Source: Clostridia bacterium (GTDB lineage: Bacteria; Bacillota; Clostridia; TANB77; CAG-508). Taken from it: a stretch of DNA of 64,000 nucleotides. The stretch covers positions 16,091 to 80,090 of the forward strand of contig JAFUYJ010000001.1 of assembly GCA_017470645.1 (NCBI GenBank), in the 5' to 3' direction. Below, one piece after another: positions 17,899-28,271 of the stretch. The translations under genes were made by a program, and so were the position numbers. Position 1 is the first letter of the stretch, and each line of letters starts with the position of its first letter. The notes under the pieces were generated by a model. That model ran no database searches and was not told the DNA's origin. It saw only the letters and a list, made by a program, of their open reading frames with translations.

Positions 17899-19158
17899 AT
17901 GGAAAAACCTATTACAGAAATTGCTGAGAAAATTAAGAAAAATGGTGGTTGTTTATATCTAGTAGGTGGTGCAGTTAGAGATGAAATGCTAGGTAAAAAA
18001 TATGAAGACGAAGACTATTGTGTGGTAGGATTATCACATGATGAATTTGTAGAGCTATTTCCTGAGGCATTTATCAGAGGAAAATCATTTGAAGTTTTTG
18101 ATATGTATGGAAAAGAGTTTGCTTTAGCTAGAATTGAGAAAAAAAGTGGAAAAGGACACAAGGAATTCGAAGTTAATTCAAACAAAAATATTTCCATTTA
18201 TGAAGATTTAAAACGAAGAGATTTAACAATTAATTCAATTGCTAAAGATGTGCTAACAAATGAGATAATTGATCCATTTGAAGGAAAAAAAGATATAGAA
18301 AATGGCATAATAAAAGCAACATCAGAAAGCTTTTCAGAAGATCCATTGCGCGTATATAGAGCAGCCAGATTTGCATGTAAATTGAACTTCGAAATAGAGG
18401 AAAGAACTTTGAAATTGATGAATTCTTTAAAACAAGAACTATCAGAATTATCCGCTGAAAGAGTTTTTGAGGAAATGAAAAAAGCTTTATCATATGACAA
18501 GCCATCAATCTTTTTCAATATGTTAAAAAAAGCAGATGTATTAGATGTTCATTTTAAAGAGATTTACAAATTGATTGGAGCATTACAGCCAGAAAAATAT
18601 CATCCAGAGGGGGATGCATACAATCATACAATGCTCGCTGTGGATATGTGTGCTACTCTTACGGATGATGAGAGAATAAGATTTGCTTCATTAGTACACG
18701 ACTTTGGTAAAGGAGTAACTCCTAAAGAGATGTATCCACATCATTATGGACATGATGAAAAAGGTGTACCTGAGGTAGCTAATTTTGTTAAAAGATTGAA
18801 AATGCCAAATGATTGGGCTGCCTTTGGAAAAGTATCTGCTAAGGAACATATGAAAGGTGGAATTTTTTATAAAATGACAGCTAGTAAGCAAGTAGATTTT
18901 ATAGAAAGAATTTACAAAACTAAACTTGGTTTAAAAGGATTAGAAATAGTGGTAGAATCTGATCGAAATTGCAGGGGCATTGGAGGAGAACAAGTTAAGT
19001 TCGCAGAGTTAGGAAACGAAATAATGACTAAAATAAATGGCGATTTTATAAAAGAAAAGTTTGGAATTGAAGAAGGAATTAAATTGAAGCAAAAATTACA
19101 TGAACAACGAATCAAATTAATTAAAGAAAAATTAGGCGCAAAATTTGACTTTTTTTAA
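17899..19158 (+). CDS. cca: CCA-adding tRNA nucleotidyltransferase / poly(A) polymerase family with HD domain
   Basis: Pol-beta nucleotidyltransferase head (GGAVRD...DYCV...RRDLTINSIA, RVYRAARFA) plus an HD domain (HPEGDAYNHT...LVHDFGK). Confidence 0.8.
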   Translation: MEKPITEIAEKIKKNGGCLYLVGGAVRDEMLGKKYEDEDYCVVGLSHDEFVELFPEAFIRGKSFEVFDMYGKEFALARIEKKSGKGHKEFEVNSNKNISIYEDLKRRDLTINSIAKDVLTNEIIDPFEGKKDIENGIIKATSESFSEDPLRVYRAARFACKLNFEIEERTLKLMNSLKQELSELSAERVFEEMKKALSYDKPSIFFNMLKKADVLDVHFKEIYKLIGALQPEKYHPEGDAYNHTMLAVDMCATLTDDERIRFASLVHDFGKGVTPKEMYPHHYGHDEKGVPEVANFVKRLKMPNDWAAFGKVSAKEHMKGGIFYKMTASKQVDFIERIYKTKLGLKGLEIVVESDRNCRGIGGEQVKFAELGNEIMTKINGDFIKEKFGIEEGIKLKQKLHEQRIKLIKEKLGAKFDFF

Positions 19159-19229
19159 AAATTAATGTATTATAGGTAAGTAACTTTTGATATATAACTA
19201 TTTAACAGATAGTATAGGAGGAATAAAAA

Positions 19230-20024
19230 ATGGGAGAAGTTATTGTTATAACATCAGGAAAAGGTGGAGTAGGAAAAACAACAACAACAGCAAATCTAGG
19301 GTCAGCTCTTGCTTTGTGTGGAAAAAAGGTTGTTTTAGTAGACACAGATATAGGACTTAGAAACTTAGATGTAGTAATGGGATTAGAAAATAGAATAGTA
19401 TACGACATTGTAGATGTTGTAGAAGAAAAATGCAAATTAAGACAAGCTCTAATAAAAGATAAACGTTTTGAAGAGTTATTCTTACTACCAGCAGCTCAAA
19501 CAAGAGATAAAAGTGCAGTAAATGAAGAACAAATGAAAGCTTTAACAGAAAAACTTAAAGAAGAATTTGATTACATTATTGTAGATTGCCCAGCTGGAAT
19601 AGAGCAAGGTTTCAAAAATGCTATTGCTGGTGCTGATAGAGCAATTGTTGTTACAACAGCAGAAATTTCTTCTATAAGGGATGCAGATAGAATTATAGGA
19701 TTATTAGAAGCTGCAGAAATTAAAAATCCAGAATTAGTAATTAACAGATTAAGACCTAATATGGTAAAAAGAGGAGAAATGATGGATGTAGAAGACATTG
19801 TTGATTTACTTTCAATTGAGTTAATCGGTGTTGTCCCTGATGATGAATATATCATAACTCAAACAAATAAAGGTGAACCAGCGGTTTCAAATAGAAAAGC
19901 TCCTTCAGGAAAATGCTATATGGAAATAGCGAGAAGAATATTAGGAGAAAATCTAGATGTAACTATTCCTGGTAGAGATGAAGGTATTTTTTCTAAAATA
20001 TTTGGAGTGTTTAAAAGAAAATAG
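19230..20024 (+). CDS. minD: septum site-determining ATPase MinD
   Basis: Deviant Walker A GKGGVGKTT. MinD over its full length, including the C-terminal amphipathic helix. Confidence 0.95.
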   Translation: MGEVIVITSGKGGVGKTTTTANLGSALALCGKKVVLVDTDIGLRNLDVVMGLENRIVYDIVDVVEEKCKLRQALIKDKRFEELFLLPAAQTRDKSAVNEEQMKALTEKLKEEFDYIIVDCPAGIEQGFKNAIAGADRAIVVTTAEISSIRDADRIIGLLEAAEIKNPELVINRLRPNMVKRGEMMDVEDIVDLLSIELIGVVPDDEYIITQTNKGEPAVSNRKAPSGKCYMEIARRILGENLDVTIPGRDEGIFSKIFGVFKRK

Positions 20025-20048
20025 TTACCAAATTTGGAGGGATTTAAA

Positions 20049-20606
20049 ATGTTAGAAAATTTTACAACATTTCTTAAGAAAAAAGGAAAAAAGGAACAAA
20101 ATGATAAATCAAAAAATGCAGCTAAAGAAAGATTACATTTAGTATTAATGCAGGATAGAGCTAATGTTTCAGCAGATTTCCTTGAAATGATGAAAATGGA
20201 AATTGTTGATGTTATAAAAAAATATATCGATGTCGATGAAACAGATATGGATGTAAAATTGGAAAATAGAGTAAATGATGATGGCACATCAGGTGCACCA
20301 GCACTTTATGCTAATATACCAATTGTTGGCATTAATGAAGAAAAGAAAAAAGAAAGTGTTGAAATAGGAAAAGCTAAACAAGCTGAGAGCACAGATACAT
20401 CTGAAGATAAAAAAGAAACAAAAACAGCAACGAAGAGAACAAGAACAACTACAAAAAAATCGGTATCAGCTAAAAAATCTACAACAACTAAAGCTAAGAC
20501 TACTAAGACAAAAAGTAAGGCATCTACTGCTAAAAGTAAGAAGAAAGATGATGCTGAAGCAGATAGCAATAAAGAAAGTAAAAAGACTAGTGCTACGAAA
20601 GAATAG
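20049..20606 (+). CDS. minE: cell division topological specificity factor MinE with ~85-aa Lys/Thr-rich C-terminal extension
   Basis: The N-terminal ~100 aa form the MinE domain (KERLHLVLMQDR...MKMEIVDVIKKYIDV). A KT-rich low-complexity tail follows. ATG 20049 follows RBS ggaggg. Confidence 0.8.
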   Translation: MLENFTTFLKKKGKKEQNDKSKNAAKERLHLVLMQDRANVSADFLEMMKMEIVDVIKKYIDVDETDMDVKLENRVNDDGTSGAPALYANIPIVGINEEKKKESVEIGKAKQAESTDTSEDKKETKTATKRTRTTTKKSVSAKKSTTTKAKTTKTKSKASTAKSKKKDDAEADSNKESKKTSATKE

Positions 20607-20632
20607 AAGATATGAAATATCTTCTATTTTTT
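20604..20632 (+). terminator. rho-independent terminator after minE
   Basis: tagaagata tgaaa tatcttcta followed by T6. Confidence 0.7.
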
Positions 20633-20751
20633 CGTCTTATCTACAATAAATAGTGATAGAAAAATAAAAAAAGTAGTGAATAAGTCTTCAAATTTGTGGA
20701 AAAATTGGGTATAATAGTAAATAGTATATCGAATTTTAAAGGAGATTAATT

Positions 20752-21858
20752 TTGAATAGGAAAATTTTAAAAAATATAGAATGGTCAATTATAGTATGTG
20801 TAGTTATTTTGATAGCAATTGGTTGCGTAGCTTTGTATTCTGCGACTCAAAGTACGGAACATGATGAACTAATTAAACAGCTAATTTGGTTAGGTATAAG
20901 TATTCCAATAGTTGTTGCTATAATAGCTACGGACTATGAAATAATTATAAAAGCCGCACCAGTAGGGTATGGAGTGATGCTGCTTTTACTGGTAGCTGTA
21001 TTATTTACTCAACCAATAAATGGGGCTACTAGCTGGTTTACTTTAGGTTCTTTTTCATTGCAACCAGCAGAATTTACTAAAATATTTGTAATATTACTGT
21101 TAGCACTGGTAATATCTAAAGTACAAAAAGAAGGTAAGAATGAGATAAGTAAACCGTTGAAACTAGGTTTGTGTTTATTGGTAGTAGTTGTGCCTGTTCT
21201 ATTAATTATTAAACAGCCTGATTATGGTACTGCAATAGCATTTGTAATAGCAACAATTTTTATGCTTTATGCAGCAGGAATTAATAAGAAATATATTTTG
21301 GGATCAGTTCTTTTAACAATAGTAGTTTTGCCAGTAATGTATTTGTATATTTTACCGGACCATGCAAAAACAAGAATTGATGTATTTTTGAATCCAGATT
21401 TAGATCCGAGAGGATCTGGTTATAATATAATTCAATCAAAACTTGCTATAGGCTCTGGGCAATTACTTGGTATGGGAGTTAAACAAGGAAATCAAACACA
21501 ACTAGGTTATTTGTATCCTAAAACAACTGATTTTATTTTTTCTGTAATTGGAGAAGAAATGGGATTTGTTATTGCTGGTCTGATTATAGTTTTATATGTA
21601 GTGCTTATTACAAAGATTATTTATATTGCTAAAACTGCTAAAGATGATAAAGGTTCATATGTAGCTATTGGAATTGCGGGAATTTTTGCTTTTCATATGG
21701 TGGAAAATATTGGTATGGCTATGGGGTTATTGCCAATTACAGGTGTTCCTCTTCCTTTCGTGAGTTATGGTGGTAGTTCACTTTTGACTAATTTGGTTTT
21801 GATTGGATTGGTACTTAATATAAGTGGAAGAAGAAAAAAATCTTTGTTTATTGAGTAG
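20752..21858 (+). CDS. rodA: rod shape-determining protein RodA (FtsW/RodA/SpoVE family)
   Basis: 10-TM SEDS protein in the minDE-rodA context. TTG start follows RBS aaaggaga. Confidence 0.85.
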   Translation: MNRKILKNIEWSIIVCVVILIAIGCVALYSATQSTEHDELIKQLIWLGISIPIVVAIIATDYEIIIKAAPVGYGVMLLLLVAVLFTQPINGATSWFTLGSFSLQPAEFTKIFVILLLALVISKVQKEGKNEISKPLKLGLCLLVVVVPVLLIIKQPDYGTAIAFVIATIFMLYAAGINKKYILGSVLLTIVVLPVMYLYILPDHAKTRIDVFLNPDLDPRGSGYNIIQSKLAIGSGQLLGMGVKQGNQTQLGYLYPKTTDFIFSVIGEEMGFVIAGLIIVLYVVLITKIIYIAKTAKDDKGSYVAIGIAGIFAFHMVENIGMAMGLLPITGVPLPFVSYGGSSLLTNLVLIGLVLNISGRRKKSLFIE

Positions 21859-21867
21859 GAGAATAGA

Positions 21868-22890
21868 ATGGAAAAATTTATAAAAAAATTGAAAATTGGA
21901 AATGTTGAATTGAATAATAATGTTCTTCTGGCTCCTATGGCAGGAATAACTGATAGGGCTTTTAGAATTGTGTGTGAAGAATTTGGACCTGGGCTTGTTT
22001 GTACGGAGATGGTTAGTAGTAAGGGACTTTTTTATGATGATAAGAAAACTGACATGTTACTAAACATTGAAGGAGAGAAGAGACCTATTGCTGCTCAAAT
22101 TTTTGGAAACGATGTTGAGGCTATGAAGTATGCTGCAAGTTATGTGAGTAAAATCGCGGATATTGTTGATATCAATATGGGGTGTCCAGCTCCAAAGGTT
22201 GTTAAAAACGGAGATGGGAGCAAACTATTGTTGAATCTACCGTTGGTGGAAGAAATTGTAAGAGAGGTTGTAAAAGCTTCTTCTGTTCCTGTTACGGTGA
22301 AGATAAGAAAGGGATGGGATTCTAATAATATTGTTGCGGTTGAAGCTGCCAAAATAATTGAGAGAGCTGGTGCTTCTGCTATAACTATTCATGGTAGAAC
22401 TAGAAGTGAGTTTTATTCAGGAACAGCAGATTGGGATATAATTAGAAAGGTTAAAGAAAGTGTAAGCATTCCTGTAATTGGCAATGGTGATATAAAATCT
22501 AAAGAGGATGCAAAAAGAATGTTTGAGGAAACTGGTGTTGACGGAATAATGATTGGAAGGGGAGCATTAGGTAATCCTTGGATTTTTAAAGAAGTTATTG
22601 ATTATTTGAGTGATAACAATAAAGACGTTAATCAAGGTATAGACTGCAATGAATATATAGATAATTCAATTAATATTTCTAATGAAGAAAAACTAAGAAT
22701 TATTCTTAAACATATAGATCTAGAAGTAGAAGATAAGGGAGAAATAACAGCTGTAAGAGAGATGAGAAAGCATATTAGTTGGTACATAAAAAATTGTAGA
22801 GAGGCATCTAAATTTAGAGACACCGTAAATAGAATAGAAAATAGAAAAGAGCTGGAAGATTGTCTTAAGGAATATTTCGCTAGCTTATGA
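21868..22890 (+). CDS. dusB: tRNA-dihydrouridine synthase
   Basis: [13 protein letters not shown]...[10 protein letters not shown]...DINMGCP...GNGDI motifs of the Dus TIM barrel. Confidence 0.85.
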   Translation: MEKFIKKLKIGNVELNNNVLLAPMAGITDRAFRIVCEEFGPGLVCTEMVSSKGLFYDDKKTDMLLNIEGEKRPIAAQIFGNDVEAMKYAASYVSKIADIVDINMGCPAPKVVKNGDGSKLLLNLPLVEEIVREVVKASSVPVTVKIRKGWDSNNIVAVEAAKIIERAGASAITIHGRTRSEFYSGTADWDIIRKVKESVSIPVIGNGDIKSKEDAKRMFEETGVDGIMIGRGALGNPWIFKEVIDYLSDNNKDVNQGIDCNEYIDNSINISNEEKLRIILKHIDLEVEDKGEITAVREMRKHISWYIKNCREASKFRDTVNRIENRKELEDCLKEYFASL

Positions 22891-22902
22891 ATATGATTGT
22901 GA

Positions 22903-22934
22903 AGAATAGATAAGTGATTATCTATTCTTTTTTT
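22903..22934 (+). terminator. rho-independent terminator
   Basis: agaatagataa gtga ttatctattct followed by T7. Confidence 0.75.
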
Positions 22935-23008
22935 GCAATATGCACAATTTTGGAATTATTAATATTGTGCAAAATATTAAAACTTTGAATGATTATTAAG
23001 GGGGAAGA

Positions 23009-23689
23009 GTGATGAAAAATAAAAAGGTTATTTTTGTAAGTGTAATTATTATTTTGATAATTGCCATTTTATTTTTTGCAATTTTTAGAATTCTACATTA
23101 TAAAAATGTTCAAACTGGAAATAATATAAGTGATAAAACTTTACAAGAAATTGAAGATTATATTTTAAATATTAGTTCTTATGAAGCTGAAATTGAGGTT
23201 ACTGTGGAAAGCAACAAAAATACAAATAAATATATTATGAATCAAAAATATTATAGTCCTAATATTGCTAGCCAGGTGGTACTTGAACCTAAGAATATTG
23301 AGGGGTTAACTGTAAAATATGATGGTACAAATTTAGAAGTATCAAATTCGAGATTGAGCTTAAGTACTATATATGAAAATTATTCATACTTAGCTGATAA
23401 TGTATTGTGGCTTAGCGATTTTGTGGAGAATTATAGAGCAAATAATGGAACTATTACGGAAGAAAATGGCATAATAGTAATGCAGACTACGTGTGATGAA
23501 AATAAATACTCTGCATATGAAAAACTGTATATTGATAGAAATGCTAATAAAATTACCAAGTTAATTATTGAAGATGAGAACAAGAAAAGTAGAATCTACA
23601 TAACATATAATAAGATAGAAATTGGTAGTTTAGACAAAGACAATGTTTTAGCGTTCAAAACAGAGTATGTCATAGCACAAGATATATAA
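23009..23689 (+). CDS. hypothetical membrane-anchored protein (possible LolA/DUF4367-like fold)
   Basis: Single N-terminal TM helix, then a beta-rich extracytoplasmic domain. No motif I can name confidently. Confidence 0.45.
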   Translation: MMKNKKVIFVSVIIILIIAILFFAIFRILHYKNVQTGNNISDKTLQEIEDYILNISSYEAEIEVTVESNKNTNKYIMNQKYYSPNIASQVVLEPKNIEGLTVKYDGTNLEVSNSRLSLSTIYENYSYLADNVLWLSDFVENYRANNGTITEENGIIVMQTTCDENKYSAYEKLYIDRNANKITKLIIEDENKKSRIYITYNKIEIGSLDKDNVLAFKTEYVIAQDI

Positions 23690-23778
23690 CAATGAAAATA
23701 ACTCCATTTTTATCTGTCTAATATTTAAATATATGAATAAATAACGTTTTATTTAAAGAAATAGTGGGAGTGATTAAA

Positions 23779-24123
23779 ATGATAGTTAAAAGAGGAGATA
23801 TGTTTTATGCAGATTTAAGTCCTGTTGTTGGATCTGAACAGGGTGGAATCCGACCAGTTGTAATTATTCAAAATGATGTGGGAAATAGGCATAGCCCAAC
23901 AGTAATTGCAGCTGCAATTACTTCGCAAACTGGAAAAAATAAATTACCTACACATATAGAGATAGGTGCAGAAAATAATGGTTTAAAGGCAGATTCGGTT
24001 GTACTTACTGAGCAGATTCGAACAATAGATAAAAGTAGATTAAAAGAAAAAATAGGGCATATTGATGATGCAATTATTATGAATAAAATAAATAGTGCTT
24101 TAGGAGTAAGTTTCGGCTTATAA
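23779..24123 (+). CDS. mazF: MazF/PemK/EndoA-family mRNA interferase toxin
   Basis: MIVKRGDMFYADLSPVVGSEQGGIRPVVIIQNDVGNRHSPTVIAAAITSQ is near-identical to the EndoA/MazF consensus. ATG 23779 follows RBS gggag. Confidence 0.88.
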   Translation: MIVKRGDMFYADLSPVVGSEQGGIRPVVIIQNDVGNRHSPTVIAAAITSQTGKNKLPTHIEIGAENNGLKADSVVLTEQIRTIDKSRLKEKIGHIDDAIIMNKINSALGVSFGL

Positions 24124-24127
24124 AAAT

Positions 24128-24155
24128 AGGAGAGCAACCTTATGGTTGTTCTCCT
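24128..24155. terminator. bidirectional terminator hairpin between mazF(+) and htrA(-)
   Basis: aggagagcaacc ttat ggttgttctcct. Confidence 0.65.
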
Positions 24156-25414
24156 AAAGTAATTTCAAGTTCTACATACTCTTTATCTCTTAATACTTTT
24201 AGTTTTACTGTATCTCCAATATTATGAGAATTTTTTATTTCATTTAATTCGTCCATAGTTTTTACTTCTTTTCCATCAAATTCAGTAATTATATCATAAG
24301 CTTTAATTCCAGCCCTTTCAGCTGCTGAGAATTGTTCAACAGAAACAACATAAATACCTTCAACTAGACTATATTGTTTTGCTGTTTGAGCATCGATTAT
24401 CCTTCCAGAAATACCTAAGTATGGTCTTTTTACTTTTCCATCTGAAATTAATTGTTGATAAATATCTATAGTAGAGTTGATTGGAATAGCAAATCCAATT
24501 CCTTCAACACCTGAACCTGAAAGTTTTAAAGTATTAATTCCTATAACTTCTCCCTTAGAATTAACTAATGCTCCACCACTGTTTCCAGAGTTTATGGCAG
24601 CATCTGTTTGAATAACGGTATAATTTTTTCCATCAGATGTTACAGTTCTCTTTGCTGCACTAATAATTCCTGCTGTTACAGTACTCTCCATTCCTAATGG
24701 GTTTCCTATAGCCATAGAAAATTCTCCGACTTTGATAGAATCTGAGTTACCTAATGTTGCTGCAGGTAAGCCTGTCTTATCTATTTTTATAACAGCTAAG
24801 TCTGTTGTTTCATCTGTTCCAATTATCTTAGCATCATACGTAGTCTCGTCGTTATAAAGTTTTACTGTAACTTTACTTGCTTCGCTTACTTGATAGTATA
24901 TTGAGTTGGCTGATGTATTAACAACATGATTATTTGTTAAAATATAACCATCCTCGCTTATTATAACACCTGACCCTGTGGCAGAACCTGATGATTGCAT
25001 TTGATATCCATAATAAGGTGAACTTACAGTATATTCGACTGTTATACCAACAATTGAGGGTAACACTTTGTTAGCAGCATATGTGCTTGTATCTGAATAG
25101 TTTTCTAAAGATATTGGATTTGAATTGATTACTGAAGTTGTTTCGTTATCTTTTTGTGTATCTTCAGTTTTAATTTCTTCTTGTTTTGCTGAAGTTGTTT
25201 CGTTTGAATTTGGAGATGTTGAAGATACTTGTAAGAAATCTACTAATCTATTTTTTACTTCTGGAATATTTACACATAACCCTACGATTAAAACCGTACC
25301 TAAAATACCTGATAGAAATGGTATAAATATTCCTTTAAAAAAACCTATCTTTGCCTTTGATTTTTTTTTGTCTGAATTGGAATCTACTGCTTTGAAAAAT
25401 TCATTATTATCCAT
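24140..25414 (-). CDS. htrA: HtrA/DegP-family serine protease with N-terminal TM anchor and C-terminal PDZ
   Basis: Catalytic triad context TNNHVV...DLAV...GNSGGAL, plus a PDZ domain. Confidence 0.85.
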   Translation of the reverse strand: MDNNEFFKAVDSNSDKKKSKAKIGFFKGIFIPFLSGILGTVLIVGLCVNIPEVKNRLVDFLQVSSTSPNSNETTSAKQEEIKTEDTQKDNETTSVINSNPISLENYSDTSTYAANKVLPSIVGITVEYTVSSPYYGYQMQSSGSATGSGVIISEDGYILTNNHVVNTSANSIYYQVSEASKVTVKLYNDETTYDAKIIGTDETTDLAVIKIDKTGLPAATLGNSDSIKVGEFSMAIGNPLGMESTVTAGIISAAKRTVTSDGKNYTVIQTDAAINSGNSGGALVNSKGEVIGINTLKLSGSGVEGIGFAIPINSTIDIYQQLISDGKVKRPYLGISGRIIDAQTAKQYSLVEGIYVVSVEQFSAAERAGIKAYDIITEFDGKEVKTMDELNEIKNSHNIGDTVKLKVLRDKEYVELEITLGEQP

Positions 25415-25615
25415 AGTTAAAATCCTTCCTTTCTATAATTAAACATCCACGTTTTTATGTTGAAATATTATATCGCTTATAGGTATATAATAACTCAACT
25501 TTATATTATAATACAATATTTTTGTGAATTTTTTGTGAAAAAAATGTTAATATTTTGGAAAAGTTTGCAATCTAAAAAAATATATAATATAATGCAAACA
25601 ATGGAGGAGTGAAAT

Positions 25616-26203
25616 ATGAGACATGAAGAAGGAAAAAGTTCAATTAAATTAATAATAGCGATGATAGTTATTGTGATTTTGGTTATTCTGGGAGTTAGAT
25701 ACACTATAAAGTTCATAAATTCAGAAAAAGTTAAAAATTTTCAATATGATATGCTGCTCGTAAAGAATAAAACTGAAATATATAATGCTAAACATACTTT
25801 AAATAAAGATGAAAATCCATTACTGGGATATCAGTTAACGCAATTGCCAGAAGATATCAACATAAATGAATTTAAAGATAAACATGTTATTTCTGATGAA
25901 GAATATGAAAAATATTACTTATTAGACTCAGCGAGTTTAGAGAAAATGGATTTGAGCGAATTAGCCAATAAGTACCAAGGTTATTTTATTGTTAATTATG
26001 AGAATTATGAAGTTATTTACACAGAAGGTTATGAAAATAAAAATGGAATGTGGTGTTACAAAATTTCTGATTTAGAGAAAACTCAGGCAGAACAAAAAAG
26101 TCAAACAAATAAAATAGAAGAGACTAATGAAGGTGAACAAAATAATGGCGAAGGTTCTCAAGAAACATCAGATATAAGTTCAGAAGAAAGTATAGAAAAT
26201 TAA
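25616..26203 (+). CDS. hypothetical membrane-anchored protein with acidic C-terminus
   Basis: N-terminal TM helix. No motifs I recognise. Confidence 0.45.
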   Translation: MRHEEGKSSIKLIIAMIVIVILVILGVRYTIKFINSEKVKNFQYDMLLVKNKTEIYNAKHTLNKDENPLLGYQLTQLPEDININEFKDKHVISDEEYEKYYLLDSASLEKMDLSELANKYQGYFIVNYENYEVIYTEGYENKNGMWCYKISDLEKTQAEQKSQTNKIEETNEGEQNNGEGSQETSDISSEESIEN

Positions 26204-26264
26204 AAGCTATTATATTGAATGAAATACAAGAGAAAATAAAGAAAATTAAAGGAAGTAATAAAAG

Positions 26265-26891
26265 ATGAAAGAAAAAGAATTACTTAGATTACAAGAATTA
26301 CGAAAGTTTGAAGAAGATATATATTCACAAGGTACAGAATATATTTGCGGGATTGATGAAGCAGGACGTGGACCGCTTGCAGGACCAGTTGTTGTTGCTA
26401 GTGTTATTATGCCAAAAGATTCTATGATTGAAGGGGTCAATGATTCCAAAAAGGTTTCTGAAAAGAAAAGAGAAAGGTTATATGAAGAAATAATCAATCA
26501 GGCCATAAGTTACAGTGTTGGTATTGTTGATCAACAGGAAATTGATAGGGTTAATATATTAAATGCCACTAAGGCTGGTTTAACAGAGTCTATTAAAGGT
26601 TTAAAGGTTAAACCAGATATTATTTTGGTTGATGCATTAAATGGAATTGATACTTGTGGAATTCCGTATCATTCTATTATTAAGGGTGATGCTAAATGCT
26701 ATTCTATTGCTGCGGCTTCGATTATTGCTAAGGTAACTAGGGATAGAATTATGAGGCAGTGGCATGAGGTTTATCCACAGTATAATTTTATTCAACATAA
26801 GGGATATGGAACAGCTGCTCATATTGCAGCTATTAAGGAGTATGGGTTGTGTCCGTTGCATAGACGCAGTTTTGTTAAAAATATTGTGTAG
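26265..26891 (+). CDS. rnhB: ribonuclease HII
   Basis: GIDEAGRGPLAGPVV active-site motif and DSK motif. Confidence 0.9.
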   Translation: MKEKELLRLQELRKFEEDIYSQGTEYICGIDEAGRGPLAGPVVVASVIMPKDSMIEGVNDSKKVSEKKRERLYEEIINQAISYSVGIVDQQEIDRVNILNATKAGLTESIKGLKVKPDIILVDALNGIDTCGIPYHSIIKGDAKCYSIAAASIIAKVTRDRIMRQWHEVYPQYNFIQHKGYGTAAHIAAIKEYGLCPLHRRSFVKNIV

Positions 26892-26927
26892 GTTTTGACT
26901 ACTCTATATTTTGAGGAGGTAAATAAA

Positions 26928-28232
26928 ATGAATATATTGGATATTATCTGTAAAAAAAGAGATAAAGTTGAGTTGTCAAAACAGGAAATTAATTTTTTTG
27001 TTGAAGGGTATACTAATGGTGAAGTTACTGATTATCAGGCTGCAGCTTTGATAATGGCAATTTACTTAAATGGGATGACTGATGAAGAGATTACTAATTT
27101 GACTCTAGCTATGGCTTATTCGGGAGAGGTTTTGGATTTATCTAAGCTGGGGGAGAATGTTGTAGATAAACATAGTACAGGTGGAATTGGTGATAAGATT
27201 ACTTTGATTTTGATGCCTATTGTTGCTGCATTAGGTGTACCTGTAGCTAAAATGTCTGGAAGAGGTCTTGGTTTTACTGGTGGAACTGTGGATAAATTGG
27301 AGTCTATTCCTGGATATAACACACAAATTTCTGTTGAAGAGTTTATTCAAAACGTTGAGAATATTGGAATTAGCTTGATGGGGCAGACTTTAAACTTAGC
27401 ACCGGCTGATAAAAAAATATATGCTTTAAGAGATTCAATTAGTTGCGTTGAGAGTATTCCACTTATAGCTTCAAGTATTATGAGTAAGAAGATTGCTTCA
27501 GGAGCTAATAAGATTGTTTTAGAGGTTACAGTTGGTAATGGAGCTTTTATGAAGGATATAGATGATGCTAAAAAACTAGCTGAAACTATGATAAACATTG
27601 GAAAATTAGCTGGAAAAGAAGTTGTTTGTATTTTAACAAACATGGATGAGCCTTTAGGATATTCAATTGGAAACACATTAGAAGTAATAGAGGCAACCGA
27701 GGCACTTCAAGGTGATATGGATGAGGATGTAAAACAAGTTGTCTTAGAGTTAGGGAGCTATATGATTAAACTAGCAGGTTTTGGAGATGATATAGAGTCT
27801 AATAAACAAAAAATGCTTGATTGTATTGATAGTGGAATGGCGTATATGAAGTTCCTAGAGTTAATTCAGAATCAAGGAGGAGACATTTCTTATATAAATG
27901 ATGTTTCCAAATTTGAAAATGCAAAATACATATACACTGTGTTATCTGAAAAGGATGGTTATATTAAATCAATTGATGCGCAAAGTTTAGGAAAAATATC
28001 ATGTGAATTGGGTGCGGGAAGAGTTAAAAAAGAAGATGTAATAGACAATCAAGTTGGGCTAATTATTAACAAGAAAATCGGAGAAAAAATTGAAAAAGAT
28101 GATATCTTAGGAATTATACATGCTAATGACGAATTGAAATTAAAAAATGCCATAGAGGATTTTAAGAAAAGCTTTACTATTTGTGAAGAATATGTTGAAA
28201 AGCCAGAGGTAATTTTAGGAATAATGGAATAA
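26928..28232 (+). CDS. pdp: pyrimidine-nucleoside phosphorylase
   Basis: HSTGGIGDK, SGRGLGFTGGT and LMGQTLNLAPADKK motifs. ATG 26928 follows ggagg. The track start at 26895 lacks an RBS. Confidence 0.9.
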   Translation: MNILDIICKKRDKVELSKQEINFFVEGYTNGEVTDYQAAALIMAIYLNGMTDEEITNLTLAMAYSGEVLDLSKLGENVVDKHSTGGIGDKITLILMPIVAALGVPVAKMSGRGLGFTGGTVDKLESIPGYNTQISVEEFIQNVENIGISLMGQTLNLAPADKKIYALRDSISCVESIPLIASSIMSKKIASGANKIVLEVTVGNGAFMKDIDDAKKLAETMINIGKLAGKEVVCILTNMDEPLGYSIGNTLEVIEATEALQGDMDEDVKQVVLELGSYMIKLAGFGDDIESNKQKMLDCIDSGMAYMKFLELIQNQGGDISYINDVSKFENAKYIYTVLSEKDGYIKSIDAQSLGKISCELGAGRVKKEDVIDNQVGLIINKKIGEKIEKDDILGIIHANDELKLKNAIEDFKKSFTICEEYVEKPEVILGIME

Positions 28233-28235
28233 TAA

Positions 28236-28266
28236 AAAAGGAACTATATACGGTTCCTTTTTTATT
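28236..28266. terminator. bidirectional terminator between pdp(+) and PBP(-)
   Basis: aaaggaac tatatacg gttccttt followed by a T-tract. Confidence 0.7.
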
Positions 28267-28271
28267 TTAAT

